Positions 14,556 to 30,383 of a stretch of DNA of 64,000 nucleotides are shown here, one piece after another. The stretch is from Octopus vulgaris. Lineage: Eukaryota. The position numbers and the translations under genes were made by a program. How positions within the stretch are numbered: position 1 is the first letter of the stretch; the number at the start of each line of letters is the position of its first letter. The notes below the pieces were generated by a model. It saw nothing but the letters and a program-made list of their open reading frames with translations. It searched no databases and had not been told where the DNA came from. The stretch covers positions 4,712,001 through 4,776,000 of the forward strand of contig OX597836.1 in the NCBI GenBank assembly GCA_951406725.2. Direction: 5' to 3'.

Positions 14556-14764
14556 ACATATATATGAATCTTTATTAGAAATCTAACTTTGCCGTCCACC
14601 AAGTTAAAAATGTTGTAATTAACTTAACTTTTCTCATATATATGTGAATGTGCAAGTTTCTTGGGCAAGTTTCTTTTACCATACCACAGGCCGACCACAG
14701 CCTTGTGTCTAGATTTGGTGGACGGAAGCTGAAAAAAGCCCGTCGTATATATATATATATGTGT

Positions 14765-14827
<63 letters not shown>

Positions 14828-15119
14828 AATGCGTATATAGATACATGTATGTTTGCATGTGTGTGTATGCTTGCATGTATACCTATACCCAGAATAATAG
14901 TTATATGTTTAGTTATATGATGCTGCAAGCTTGCGGCACACCGTTAGCTCGTAGGAGAAAATGCTTAGCGACATTTCTTGCCGCTCTTTACGTTTGAAGC
15001 ACAGAAGCCGCCAAGGCCCACTTAGCATTTTCAACTTTCCGAGGTTGATAACATTAAATTCCACCCGAGCATTGCTTCAATGCTTCTCTAGTAAAAAGAA
15101 AAATTCTGACCTTTTGGCA

Positions 15120-15509
15120 AGATTAGAATATATTTCTCCATATATTTCTCACATACGAACAGATGTACATTTGTTTATGAAATATTATTTCTTAATATAG
15201 AAGCATATGTTAAAGAACGAAAATGTACTTCCTTCCCTATCGTGATTGTGACATTTGCTACACCGAGAATAATCCTACCAGAATAAAATTAATCCCGACA
15301 TACGAGCAAATATCGTTAGTCAACCTAAGACCTGCTATCTAGGCTTATCTAAATTCGCACAGGGAATGTTCGAAAAATATGTTATTTTAATATGAAATTT
15401 TAGTTACCGATAACAGCTCTGGCCACCATAAATGAATAATTATATAAATAAATAAATTTTACGTTTGACACCCAGGAAAAGATCTGTTACCTCACTGCTT
15501 TATTACTTA

Positions 15510-15580
<71 letters not shown>

Positions 15581-15699
15581 TAGGACTTGAAAGTATTAGG
15601 ACAATTTGATTTTGTTCTCTAACAGAGGGCTCGTGTTTGTTGCCTGTAAAATTTTAAGTCAAACTGATTTAAAGAAGATACACACGTAGAGACATACAA

Positions 15700-15763
<64 letters not shown>

Positions 15764-15768
15764 GTAAA

Positions 15769-15817
<49 letters not shown>

Positions 15818-15923
15818 CGGGAGCGAGAGAGGGAAATAGCTAGATAGACAGATACACACTAGAGTTGTTTCGCTAGGATTTCAAGATTCATGGTAAGAAC
15901 CCGTTCATCGTGATGCATTCTTG

Positions 15924-15960
<37 letters not shown>

Positions 15961-16013
15961 GTGCGTGTGTGTGTTTGTGTGTGTGTGTGCTTATGTGTAT
16001 TTGTGCATATGTT

Positions 16014-16063
<50 letters not shown>

Positions 16064-16440
16064 CAAGCATATATATGAATACGCTGACGCATATACCTAC
16101 AATCATGTATATGTAAACGCTGATACGCATGCATGCAAATTCACATGCACATATGTACACACACATACATTTATCAAACGCATACCTATACAGTCGCATT
16201 TTATATTCGAATCTCTTCAGTATTTGCAGAATCGGCAGTAATCTAAGACATCCGTGTGTAGAAAATGAAGAATCATGTTTCAAAATTCAAAAGAAGTACT
16301 TTTAAATATATATGGAATATAAAACTTCCATTTAAACAATGGCGCCTACTTTCCCGTTTAATCCCGTTCGCTGTATTATATCACGTGGAGGCCTCGTGAT
16401 ACGATTCCTATAAAATACTGAACGGGATTTAAGATTATGA
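15120..16440 (+). repeat. Copy 1 of an old local segmental duplication
   Basis: 15120-15450 aligns with 19200-19545; 16170-16440 aligns with 20345-20620 (shared cagaatcggcagtaatctaa). Confidence 0.8.
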
Positions 16441-16444
16441 ATGC

Positions 16445-16581
16445 CTATGTGGTGAGTAGCTTTCTACCCAACCGCATGGTTCTGGGTTCATCCCCAGTGC
16501 GTGGCACCTTCAGCAAGAGTCCTCTAGTGTAGCCTTGTGTTTTGTGAGTGGATTTGGTAGACGGATAATGAAAGAAGCCTG

Positions 16582-16680
<99 letters not shown>

Positions 16681-16735
16681 CATACATATATATATATATA
16701 CATATATACATACATACATATATATATATATATTT

Positions 16736-16791
<56 letters not shown>

Positions 16792-17190
16792 TTTTTCTTT
16801 TATATTCTATTCCTCTCAGTCAGTAGAGTGCGGCCATGCTAGAGCTTTGCCTTCACAAATTTATAGACCAAATGTATCGAACCTAGTACTTTATGTAAAG
16901 TCTGGTACTTGTCTTATTGATATCTTCTGGCGAACCGCTAAGATACGGGAACATAAACACACCATCTTCGGTTGTCGAGCGGTGGAGAGGGGAGGGGGAA
17001 AATACTGAAACCCATACATAGACATATGCACACATATATTCGATAGACTTCTTTTAGGTTCCGTCTGCCAGATCCACTCACAAGGCCTTGGTCGGCCCGT
17101 AGTTTTAGTAGGAAACAGTCAGCCAATGTAGGACTGAACCCGGAGCCATGTGGTTGGAAAGCAAGCTTCTTACCACACAGGCATACCTGC
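16445..17190. mobile_element. Two SINE family A copies in opposite orientation (16445-16585 +, 16810-17190 -) around a long (TA)n
   Basis: Family A motifs on both strands. Confidence 0.85.
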
Positions 17191-17363
17191 AATATATATG
17201 CGCATGTGTGAGTACGTGTGTGTGTGTATCATGTGTGTGTGTTTGTGTGTATCTCTTTGTCTGTGTATGTGTATCTTAGTGTCCCTGTTTGGCCTTCAGC
17301 CTTGCTTGGGGATCAAAGTGAGAGGACGACAAAGGAATACATGATTATCTTATAAACACCTTT

Positions 17364-17441
17364 CGTTACAGCCGTTTCTGCTATAGGATGCAGTCGACTC
17401 ATAGCTTAGAGCCTGAGTAACACCTATGAGCTTCATTGGAG
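17364..17441 (-). ncRNA. Degenerate type I hammerhead-like motif with long stem II
   Basis: Minus strand: CCAATGA agctcatagg...cctatagca GAAAC GGCT GTA; core carries two substitutions. Confidence 0.4.
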
Positions 17442-17442
17442 C

Positions 17443-17660
17443 CGGCGTTCTGGCAGAAACGTTAGCAAGTCGGACGAAAAGCTTAGCGTTGTTTTGTCTG
17501 TCTTTACATTCTGCGTTCAAAGTCAACTTTGCCTTTTATCCTTTTGGAGTCGATAAAATAAATACCAGCTGCATATTGGTGGCGATCAAGTCGACTACCC
17601 AGCCACCCATCCCCCCCACCCCAAATATTCGGGCCTTGTGCATAGAGTAGAAAGAATATG
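17443..17660 (+). mobile_element. SINE family B, degenerate
   Basis: ctggcagaaacgttagca, gtcaactttgccttttatccttttggagtcgataaa. Confidence 0.85.
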
Positions 17661-17877
17661 AAGCGCAATTTACTTAGGAACAATTTACATTTGTGCCTAT
17701 ATAGGGAATGTCCTCAACAATATACGGATGAATATATACGTGAGTCTCGTGTATTTCTTTGTGTCATAGGCAGAATGTCTGTGGTTGTATGGTCTCCCTT
17801 CTAGATCACAAAAGTTCCTAGTTTTCCTCTCTGCCCCTGCCGGGTTGATCCCTTCTTTTACATTCATGTTTATAATT

Positions 17878-18072
17878 AATGAAATATGATCATTAATTAT
17901 GACTTCTTACGTCATCGTCTATAATCAAATTGGATTAGAAAATGATTACTTTCTTATGACCTTGAACACATACACGAACATACACGCATACAATGAATTT
18001 ATAAAATATATTTGTAAATATATAAACTGTAAATACTTATATACAGACGTACATTCATTCATATATATGTAC

Positions 18073-18132
<60 letters not shown>

Positions 18133-18377
18133 ATATTTCGGAATGGTCATTTATATATATATGTATATATATATATATATTCGTACATATATATGAAGGA
18201 ATGTACGTCTGTATATAAGTATTTACGATTTATATATTTACAAATATATTTTATAAATTCATTGTATGCGTGTATGTTCGTGTATGTGTTCAAGGTCATA
18301 AGAAAGTAATCATTTTCTAATCCAATTTGATTATAGACGATGACGTAAGAAGTCATAATTAATGATTATATTTCATT
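17878..18377. repeat. Near-perfect inverted repeat, arms about 205 bp, (TA)n-rich loop
   Basis: ORFs 17899+ and 18356- translate almost identically; about 4 mismatches seen by eye. Confidence 0.97.
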
Positions 18378-18509
18378 TATATAATTGTATGTATATATAT
18401 GTATATATGTATGTGTGGATGTATGCATGTTTAGGCAATGCTTAGAAACACACATGCTTAGAAACACACACACAAACACACACACACGCATATATATATA
18501 TATGCATTT

Positions 18510-18608
18510 CCACTGCATAGCATCTTGGGCAAGTGTCTTCAACTATAGCCTCGGGCCGACCAAATCCTTGTGAGTGGATTTGGGAGACGGAAACTGAAAG
18601 AAGCCCGT

Positions 18609-18699
<91 letters not shown>

Positions 18700-18885
18700 G
18701 TTTGTCCCCCAACATCACTTGACAACCGATGCTGGTGTGTTTACGTCCCCTTTACTTAGCAGTTCGTCAAAAGAACCGATAGAATAAGTACTAGGCTTAC
18801 AAAGAATAAGTTCTGGGGTGGATTTGCTCGACTAAAGGTAGTGCTCCAGCATGGCCGCAGTCAAATGACTGAAACAAGTAAAAGA
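18510..18885 (+). mobile_element. SINE family A, 5' truncated
   Basis: cttgggcaagtgtcttc...gaaactgaaagaagcccgtc (TA)n(TG)n...gactgaaacaagtaaaag. Confidence 0.95.
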
Positions 18886-18970
18886 TATATATATATATGT
18901 ATGTATGTACGTGTATATATATATATATACACACACACACACATATAAACTTACACACACACACACACAC

Positions 18971-20760
<1,790 letters not shown>

Positions 20761-20832
20761 CAAGACATACACACGCTAACACTAACACACACACACATAC
20801 ATGGAAACACACACACACACACTATATATATA

Positions 20833-21209
20833 CTCTTTTACTCTTTTTACTCTTTTACTTGTTTCAGTCATTAGACTGCGGCCATGCTGGAGCACCGCCT
20901 TTAGTACTTATTCTATCGGTCTCTTTTGCCGAACCGCTAAGTGACGGGGACGTAAACACACCAGCATCGGTTGTCAAGCAATGCTAGGGGGACAAACACA
21001 GGCACACAAACATACGCACACACACATACATATATATACATATATACGACAGGCTTCTTTCAGTTTCCGTCTACCAAATCCACTCACAAGGCATTGGTCG
21101 GCCCGGGGCTATAGCAGAAGACACTTGCCCAAGATGCCACGCAGTGGGACTGAACCCGGAACCATGTGGTTGGTAGACAAGCTACTTACCACACAGCCAC
21201 TCCTGCGCC

Positions 21210-21212
<3 letters not shown>
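20833..21212 (-). mobile_element. SINE family A, young copy with internal deletion
   Basis: Close match to the reverse complement of 59720-60135. Confidence 0.95.
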
Positions 21213-21245
<33 letters not shown>

Positions 21246-21248
<3 letters not shown>

Positions 21249-21595
21249 TATTTGATGGCCTATATGACGCACCACTGCAAAGGACGCATCCTAGCCTAGG
21301 GTATATTTTTGTAAAATAAACTACCACTACAATAATGTTTAAATTCCTCCACTTACGTGTATAACTTGATGCTATTGCCGGTAATTATAAGCAATTTATT
21401 GCATCCACTTTCGATACCGTAGGTGATTGTTCACCAATAGATGGCAGCAGTAAAAGAGAGTACACGTTTTGCAAACATATATACCGTTTTGAGCTAGTTT
21501 TGAGGCTATATTGAGTGCATTAGACGCAGGAGGATTTTAAAAACCATTTTTAAGTACAATAAATAAAGATGCGTCTTATAGGCTATCGAATACGG
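21246..21595. mobile_element. Tc1/mariner-superfamily (Tc2/pogo-like) MITE, 350 bp
   Basis: TIRs tcgtatttgatggcctatatgacgca / tgcgtcttataggctatcgaatacgg, flanked by TA on both sides; CCGTA-type terminus. Confidence 0.8.
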
Positions 21596-21624
21596 TATAT
21601 ATATATTTATATTTATATTTATAT

Positions 21625-21766
21625 CAGCATGTTGAACCGGAAAACCTTACACAAATGAAATGGTTGCCGGATATCTCGCCAGCTAGCCACCTCTTATCAA
21701 TCCGTTCAATATATGCTAGCATGGAGGACGGATATTAAATGATGATGATGATGATGATGATGATGA
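21625..21766 (+). mobile_element. 3' end of a retroposon with (GAT)n tail
   Basis: gctagcatggaggacggatattaaat followed by (gat)n; microsatellite tails are typical of RTE-mobilised elements. Confidence 0.45.
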
Positions 21767-21798
21767 AAATACATTTACACACGCAAACTCACACGCAA

Positions 21799-21859
<61 letters not shown>

Positions 21860-21879
21860 TGCATTCAAATACAAAACAT

Positions 21880-22205
21880 CCACTCCACAAGGAAGGGCGT
21901 AAAGTAATTCTCTAAAGACATTTTTTTTTTAAATATGTAATACCGGAATGCCACCAACACAATATCTGCTTGTATCCCATTTAATCCCCCCATGCCGTAT
22001 CATGTTACGTGAGGTCACATGATTAAATTTCTATGGATGTTGTGTGAAACGAAATTGAAATTTATGCGACATTGTTTCTTGAAATTTAATATTCTTTTGC
22101 GACGTTTTTACAACTACGTTGTACTTATTCTTTATTTTCTGAGGTTACGCAAAACTAATAGCTCAGAACACAATGTGCAATATACATAATCACGTGACCT
22201 AACAT
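21880..22205 (+). repeat. Copy 3 (partial, more diverged) of the local duplication
   Basis: ccca.ttaatc, ttgtgaaacg.aatt.aa.tt.atg and ctttatt..ctga.gtta.g.aaaa shared with 20525-20710. Confidence 0.65.
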
Positions 22206-22320
22206 CCAAAAGCATGCGCACAATCTTACTCCCACACACTCTGGTGTATATTTATGTGCGCACGTGTGTGTGCTGCTGCATAATTTCCTTCTGGTTTATT
22301 TATATTGTTCCATTTTGCAG

Positions 22321-22372
22321 GATTGGATGCAGTCACTCGAAAACTGGCAATGCTCTCGGGGTTTATGGTGAT
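22321..22372 (+). other. Candidate 52-nt spliced exon, product unknown
   Basis: ccattttgcAG acceptor and GTGAGT donor; two frames open; no homology evidence. Confidence 0.3.
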
Positions 22373-23634
22373 GTGAGTTCGTTAGTGTTTGCAGATATGC
22401 ATCTATGCAAGTGTGGTGAACCTACGTTTGCGCAGGGGATGTGCATATCATTCTAGTGCAAAAACAACGTGTATTCCCTGTTGCTCTTGTTACATGTGTA
22501 CGAACCTGTGTTGCGTGTGCGTATGTCTGTATGTGTACGCGTGTGTGTGTGTGTTCCATATGCATATGGTGAATGCTTTCGTGGATTCAGAATAAGAATC
22601 TCAAATGGAGAATCCTTAAAGTTCTTTGAAATTTTTCACTGTACCGCTAATCGATAATATGTAGAGAAAAGAAGTAAATTCGTTTTGTTCATTCTTTGCA
22701 AGCAACAGTATTCCTAGGTTTGTGCAAATCTATTGTTGCATAGTCCAGTGCACGTATGATAATAGTCACAAACGAAAATCTATAGACTGAATATAAGAGC
22801 CCTAAATTTTACATTCGCTCTCAATAGACTCAACTCCACGCACACTTTTGAGGGGTCACATCCACCGGGCAGAGTGTATCCAAAACAGAACATTACTTCT
22901 GCTCCTATTCCCATACAGCAATATCTGGCCCGATGTCATTACACAAATTAATTCTTTTATTGTTTCATCAGTATTTTATATCGTTAAGGGTTTGGCTACA
23001 ATCTGATATGAGTGTCCCTTTAATATAGCATTCAGGATAATTTTCCCTGGTGACAGTAATAGCATTTGGGGCTGTTTTAGAGACAATCTTCTCTAGAATA
23101 GAAAAATATTAGCTTCCGGTCAATTTGGGACATCTATTTATTATATATGGGTAATATATTCCACACTTCCGTGATATAATCGATATTTTCTATCTAGAAA
23201 TATCTTTATTTCTGTTGTTAGGCAGGTATTTTGTAGCTAATCCTACTACTGGATGACAAACACCGAGCTTTCTGAGTGAAATGTCTGGCAGCAAGGTGAA
23301 TGATAATCTCTAAAGGTACATAACAATGCGTAAGTTCGTTTGTAGTTTCGATAATTATACACGATTTTATTACAAGTATTTGCGGCAGGTATTTCTCCCC
23401 CATGTCTCTTGCTAAGAAACTCCGTCCATCCTTTATTCACGTGAAACAGTTGCACACTCAGTGCGTCTATTCAGGATTTCTTCATCTCACCAGATGATGC
23501 TTTGTTTTCGAAACTATGTACACATGCAACGTACTCATTTTTCTCTATTGTTCAAAAGCAATGTTATACAAGCTCGTATGCTTCCGCGTTTTCGTCCCCT
23601 CGTTTAACTTAAATCCTGTCAGAGTCACTATTAA

Positions 23635-24208
23635 CACTTTGTGGGCCGGCAGAGCTGGAGGTACCCAAAAAGCCATTGGGGTCCCTCGAGACTCCAATTT
23701 ATCTTAGCTCATTTGCTCACAATACATAAAGTAATATTCGTTTAATCTTGTATTTACATATGTGTGTGTGTGTTCATGATATAGAACGAGAAATTTAACA
23801 CTTTATAGGTATTTATATATATGTAATTATTAGCATTAATGGAGGGGAATTGAAATATAATTTATTGACAGAACAGATTTTATTGAAAAAAATCAACGTT
23901 TTCTTAGCACTAAATATAAAATACAACAAAATTATTTGGAACATCGATTCATACCAGTAAAAACGCGAAGAAAATTAATTGACTTATAGTTCATCAGAAT
24001 GTCTGAAAATAGAACCGAAAAATTCATTTCTCAGATGGCTAATGGGGTCCCGTTGTTATGACATCCATATAACTGGAGGTTTTAAACTCAAAATTCGTAC
24101 GTGCTTATAAAAACTATTGACAGAAAAAGTCATGAGATGTAAAATCACTTGAATAAAAGATGTAAAAGTTGCATGGGGTCCCGAGGGTTCTCGCCAACCC
24201 ATGAAATG
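23635..24208. mobile_element. piggyBac-like non-autonomous element, 574 bp
   Basis: TTAA at 23631-34 and 24209-12; degenerate TIRs cactttgtgggccggc-aga / tctcgccaacccatgaaatg; repeated ggggtccc subterminal motif. Confidence 0.65.
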
Positions 24209-24944
24209 TTAATGTAGCTCTTACTATCTTTTGTCATGATGTCAGCAGGTATCATTTTAGTCTTTTTCTTATCAATGACGTGCGGTGAGTGTCTTGTAAC
24301 GATAACATATGTTCTCCCATGCAATACATGACCACCTTGCACTAACGTTGGACTTAGGAAAGATATTTCTTGTAAATATTTAGTATTTCTCCAGTTTTAA
24401 GAGTGAAAATGAACTGGAAAATAGCATGGAATCAGGGTGTGATTTTTAAAAAATTCAAGTTGGTGGTGAAGCCAAGAAGTTCCTCAACAGAAGGAATCAA
24501 CCACTCAGTTCCTTTTCATTTTTATTCTCTATGAGGAAATGATAGCTTTTACTAAAGTTCCCTGATCACAATTTACATCTGTGCCATGAGTCGAGTACAG
24601 TAGTACAAATTTACAAAATTGCCAGTTGCAGATTCAAAATATCACGAAACAAATGGAGATCTACATATAGGTAGATCATATATTTACGAAGTACAGCAAG
24701 GTATCGATTTAATATCAAAGAATTCACAGTTTAGATAATTCAACAAAAAGATAATTAATCAAAATCGCACAACGCTAGAAAAGGAAAAGAGAAAAGATCT
24801 TGAGATAAGCAATCAAACGTTACTCTTTCGTATTCATTGTTAGACATTTCAAGGTGCTAACCATATCAGATACTGAAGAAGTTTAACGAAGAATTTGTCA
24901 TCTTCGAATAGGCCATAATCCTTTGAATTATATTGTGGAGACTA

Positions 24945-25415
24945 AGGCGGTGAGCTGGCAGAAACGTTGGCACGCCGGGCGAAATGCGTAGCCGTATTTC
25001 GTCTGCCGTTACGTTCTGAGTTCAAATTCTGCCGAGGCCGACTTTGCCTTTCATCCTTTCGAGGTCGATAAATTAAGTACTAGTTACGCACTGGGATCGA
25101 TGTAATCGACTTAATCCGTTTGACTGTACTTGTTTGTCTCCTCTGTGTTTAGCCCCTTCTGGCTAGTAAAGAAATAGGTATTACATCTGTCAGAGTTCAA
25201 ACTTCGCCGTGGTCGACTTTGACCTTCATCCTTTCGGGGTCCGTTATTTAAATACCAGTTGCGTACTGGAGTCGATCTAATCGACTAGCCCCCTCTCCCA
25301 AAATTTCGGGTCTTGTGGCTAGAGTATGAATGATTCTTTAAGGCGGCGAGCTGGCAGAAACGTTAGCACACCGGTTTGAGTTCAAATTACCCCGTGGTCA
25401 ACTTTGTCTTTCATC
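24945..25415 (+). mobile_element. SINE family B dimer plus a third truncated copy running into (CAT)n
   Basis: aggcggtgagctggcagaaacgtt head; second body offset by 184 bp; new head at 25340. Confidence 0.92.
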
Positions 25416-25809
25416 ATCGTCATCATGATCATCATAATCATTGTCGTCGTCGTCATCACCATCATCATCACCGTCAAATCATCATCATCACCATCATCAT
25501 CACCATCACCATCATCATCATTATCATCATCATCATCACCGACAGCACTACCACAGACCTCTACTGAATTTACTACACGACCACTAACGCCTGCCACCAT
25601 CACCACTACCACCATCACCAACAACAGCAACAACAACAACACCAGTACCATCATCATCATCATCATCATCATCATCACCATCATCATCAAAAACATCTAT
25701 AGCAATACCTGCAAAAGCATTTGGAGGAACGATACTCTATCAGAACAGAATTAGTAATAACTGTCGTCGAAATAGCAGCAGCAGCAGCAGCAGTAGCAGT
25801 AGCAGTAGC

Positions 25810-25847
<38 letters not shown>

Positions 25848-25873
25848 CAGTAGTAGTAGTAGTAGTAGTAGTG

Positions 25874-25910
<37 letters not shown>

Positions 25911-25924
25911 TAGTGGTAGTAGTG

Positions 25925-25991
<67 letters not shown>

Positions 25992-26008
25992 CAGCAGCAG
26001 CAGCAGCT
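25412..26008. repeat. Compound triplet repeats (CAT/CAC)n then (GCA/GTA)n
   Basis: Directly visible. Confidence 0.97.
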
Positions 26009-26439
26009 AATGTTTCAGTCTTTGTTGCTATGATGGTGTTGTTGTTGAAGCTGTTGTATTTGGTCGTCGTCGTTTATTTTATTAAAACAGTTCAGCTTTC
26101 GTGATCGTTGTGTGTCTCTGCCGTCCAAGATGGCGTGCAAGAAAAGACACAAAATTATTCCATCATCGCAAACTTAAGTACAAAACCTAAACAAGAAAAT
26201 AAAATGGAAACAAAAAAAAAGAAAAACATAACCAGCAGAAAAGACAAATAAAAATAACACGTAACGTAATACAAGCAGAGCCTGCTCCGTGATTATCCTT
26301 CCTTTATTTCATCGTGTGTCTTAGCATGCTGGACTTATTGTTGTTGGTTTTGTTTCGCTTTTGTTGATGTTCGGTGCTTATTGCCAGATTTTCTTTCTTT
26401 TTACTTCGATTTCCTGCTTTTTCGTATCAGTTGCGTCAT

Positions 26440-26889
26440 GTATGTGTTTATAAGTCGGTATTTATGTACGTATGTATGTATATATGTATGTATGTATGTG
26501 TGTATGTGTGGATGTATTATGTGTGTATGTGTGTATGTATGTATGTATGTGTAAATGTATGTATGTATGTATGTGTGTATGTGTGGATGTATGTATGTAT
26601 ATATGTATGTGTGTATGTATGTGTGGATGTATGTATGTGTGTATTTGTGTATGTGTGGATGTATGTATGTATGTATGTATGTGTGTGTGTATGTGTGGAT
26701 GTGTCTATGCAAATACCTCTTCCTTCTTGCTCTCTCTCTCTCTCATATTTCGCACACACACTCACGCAAAGCCATATACACACACATACACACGTATATA
26801 CACAAAGAGCGCACATACACATATTGATGTCGATCTATATTTAATTATATATATTTCTTTACAGACACATACAAACATGTTCGTATATA

Positions 26890-26937
<48 letters not shown>

Positions 26938-27077
26938 CACACATATATACATATATATATATATATACACACACATATATATACATACATATGCATATTT
27001 ATACATATACACAAAAATTCATACGTACAATGTATAAATGGAGGCACGTATATACGCATGGTCACATTTCTATATTT

Positions 27078-27109
<32 letters not shown>

Positions 27110-27209
27110 GTATATATATATATATTTATCTATGTATATATATATATATCTGTGTGTATGCATTGGTTCTTACATACTTACATACATACATACATACATA
27201 TATACATAC

Positions 27210-27273
<64 letters not shown>

Positions 27274-27290
27274 TATATATATACAAGCAC
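26440..27290. repeat. (TATG)n/(TG)n/(TA)n field with recurring gtgtatgtgtggatgtat units
   Basis: Directly visible. Confidence 0.95.
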
Positions 27291-27909
27291 GTATGAATTT
27301 CTATTTGCGTTTATGTGTAATCATTACATTGTTATTTTGGCAACACGATTCCTTTGTACGTTCTGAGACAGTTTCAAGTACTTCCTGCTTAATTTCCAAA
27401 TGATTTTATTTTTAATCACTATCGTTTTTTTTTATTATTAGCATTATTACCAGTCTTTATTTTCCTTGCGTGTTTTCAGTGCACCACAGACTGCATCTGT
27501 GTATGCCTTGGGTGCGTGCAACTCTTTGTTTTTGTTGTGTATGTAATTGTATTAAAAAAATAATCTCTGTGATAAGTGTATAGAACCTAATAACACTCTA
27601 TCGTTTACATCATATTAAGTTCTGGCACTTGCGTTGTGTGTGTATGTGTTTGAATGTTTTATTCTGTTTTTTCTTTTTATTTTTCCTAAATTCATTTCTG
27701 AGACAGCTATTATTGTAATCCGTCTCTCTGTTTTTCAGTTGTACTTTCTGGTTATCTCCATTTCTAGATCTATATATTTGCTTACTATCACAATTTTGCT
27801 GAGTTTGATTTTTATTTTAGCGTAGTAAACCATCCTTTCTAATTTACTTTCCATGCAACCTTATCTCAATTATTTAGATTTGTATCAGTGTTAGAAATAT
27901 AGAACTTGC

Positions 27910-28045
27910 CATCGTCCTCCATATCATCATCGTCATCATCATTATCATCCTCCTCCTCCTCATCATCATCATGACCACCACCACCAGCATCATCAACATC
28001 ATCCTCATCATCAACATCATCTTTATCTTCGTCACCATCATCATT
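27910..28045. repeat. (CAT/CCT/CAC)n triplet repeat
   Basis: Directly visible. Confidence 0.95.
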
Positions 28046-29139
28046 GTCAGAGCTGTGATCAGGCAGAAATCTGAGCGCGACGGACAAAATGCATAATGAA
28101 ATTACTTTCTTTTTGTTTACCTTTTTCTTCTTATTTTTTTAGTTCAAATTCAGCTGGTGTCTATTTTACCTTTCCTCCTATCGTAGACGATAAAATAAAT
28201 TATCAATCAAGTACGGCGTTCGATATAATGGACTTAACCCTCCCCTCAAAATTGTTGATCCTTTCCAAAATTTAGAAGAGTTTATCATTGTTTTCATTAA
28301 TTTTCATCGCTAAATGAACAGATTGATTATTTTCCACAGAAAATAAAATGACAAATAGAAAAATGCCGAAGGAAATTGCAGGACAAAATGGCGGAAAAGT
28401 GCTTTGCAAACTTAATTTTCTGTGTTGGAATTCTGTTAGGGTCCGGTTTTGTAATTTATACTTTCAAAGGCCGATAAAATATAATATGAAAATCGATTTA
28501 AGATATTGCACATCTCTCTCAAAATTAGTTTAATGGTCTTATGATATGAAAGAATTATAATCCTTCTTAATATAATGGAATATAATCGAGTCGCGTCCTG
28601 TTGTCTACATAAATCGATTATTCCCATTAGAAGAGATTCGGTGGCTTTGTACCAGCGTTAGACATCTCTATGGTTCAGGGTGGAGATCTAAACGTGGCCT
28701 GAGAGTGTTACAATCTGAATTTTCGTCTGTAATTTTCTAGCAGCAAAAGGCACCGGATTTAGTATAAAGGGGCATACTCAAGCACAGCTACTGTCGTCCA
28801 TATTTGATGATGCGAAATGTATTAATAACATCGTAGGTCTGGATACAGAGTGACACTGTTATTCTTGAAAGTTCTGGATTTCTACGTAACGAGATCTTCG
28901 TGATCTCGATTTAGGCCTTGTGTCTAAGAGAGAAAGTATTATTCAAAATAAAAGGAGAAGCGATTGTTAAGTACCAGTTGAATACTGGGGTTGATATTCG
29001 ACTGACCCACTGCCTCGAAATTCCTGACCTTCTGCCAAAATTTGACCCCCATTCTTATATATTTTGAGGTCGATGTCGCCGACTTAAGACTTTTTCCGAC
29101 ATCGCGGGGCTTGAACCTAAATAAGAAAAAGACTGCTGT

Positions 29140-29178
29140 TGCTACAACTACTACCACCACCAACAACAACAAAACAAA

Positions 29179-29259
<81 letters not shown>

Positions 29260-29475
29260 GGCTGATAATGATTAGGATAATGATGATGGCGATGATGTTG
29301 ATGATAGCTATGGTGATGATGATGGCGATCGATGATAGTGGCGGTGGTGGTGATAGCGAGAGTGATGGTGTTGATGGTAACGATAGTGATGGTGATGATG
29401 ATGATAATGATGGTGGTGGTGGTGGTGGTGATGGTGATGATGATGATAATGATGGTGATGGTGATGGTGATGAGG
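29140..29475. repeat. Compound triplet repeats (TAC)n(TGC)n then (GAT/GGT)n
   Basis: Directly visible. Confidence 0.97.
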
Positions 29476-30220
29476 AGTAGGATAACATTGCCGCCGACGA
29501 CGTGATGGTCGTGATTCTTCGGAGAAAAACGATATCAGAAAACAACTTGATTTCACTTAAAACGTGATATCCACGGATGGCGTATGATACCGTTCTGACG
29601 AGAGGGGGCGCTTGGATGTATTGTTTTTGTTTTTTTTTGATATTGGTGTTTCTGTTCAAGTTATTGTCGTTACACGTGAATACTGAACTTCGCTTTGCCC
29701 TTTTTTTTTTATTTTTTGCTTTCTTTTGTTTCTATTTTCCTCATATATACTTCGAAAATTTATTACAAATTTGTTTGCCTGCAAGTACGAACGTATTCTG
29801 GCACGCATCTCCCCGCGTACGAATACAAGTGCTGTGTTATGTACGTGTACGTAAACACCTGTGTACGTTTGTGTGTACGTCTGTTTGTGCGTGTGTGTGT
29901 GTCTGTGTATATATATATATAACTATATACCTACACAAACATGCAAGCACACGCATGCACACATCTATATGATTAAGAACATTTAAACAAAACAGGCACG
30001 CGCATTCATACACACATACATACATAGATACATACATACGGAGGTATGTACACTATTACACAGAGACACACAGACATACAGTCACACTATACACTCAAAT
30101 ATATATGAATGTGTTTGTATATATATATATATATACATACGCACTTAAATTACGTGTACAAACCTCACCCCTGCACTCTCTCAATACATCTGTGTATATA
30201 TGTCTGTGTATGCGTGTGCT

Positions 30221-30259
<39 letters not shown>

Positions 30260-30349
30260 CTCTATATATATACATATGTGTGGGTATATAAATTTGCATA
30301 CGTATAAGTAAATACTCATACGCACAGAGATATATTTACTCAAACCTAC

Positions 30350-30383
<34 letters not shown>

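Noticed and set aside
22850-23450. Possible LINE RT relic (also 57050-57520 on plus)
   Set aside because: Only vague motif resemblance, too decayed to support by eye
26126-26136. YY1-like CAAGATGGCG as a promoter
   Set aside because: Isolated motif with no CpG island or other core promoter evidence
27866-28087. Acidic poly-Asp ORF
   Set aside because: Derived from a (CAT)n repeat like others in the window; no start or donor support
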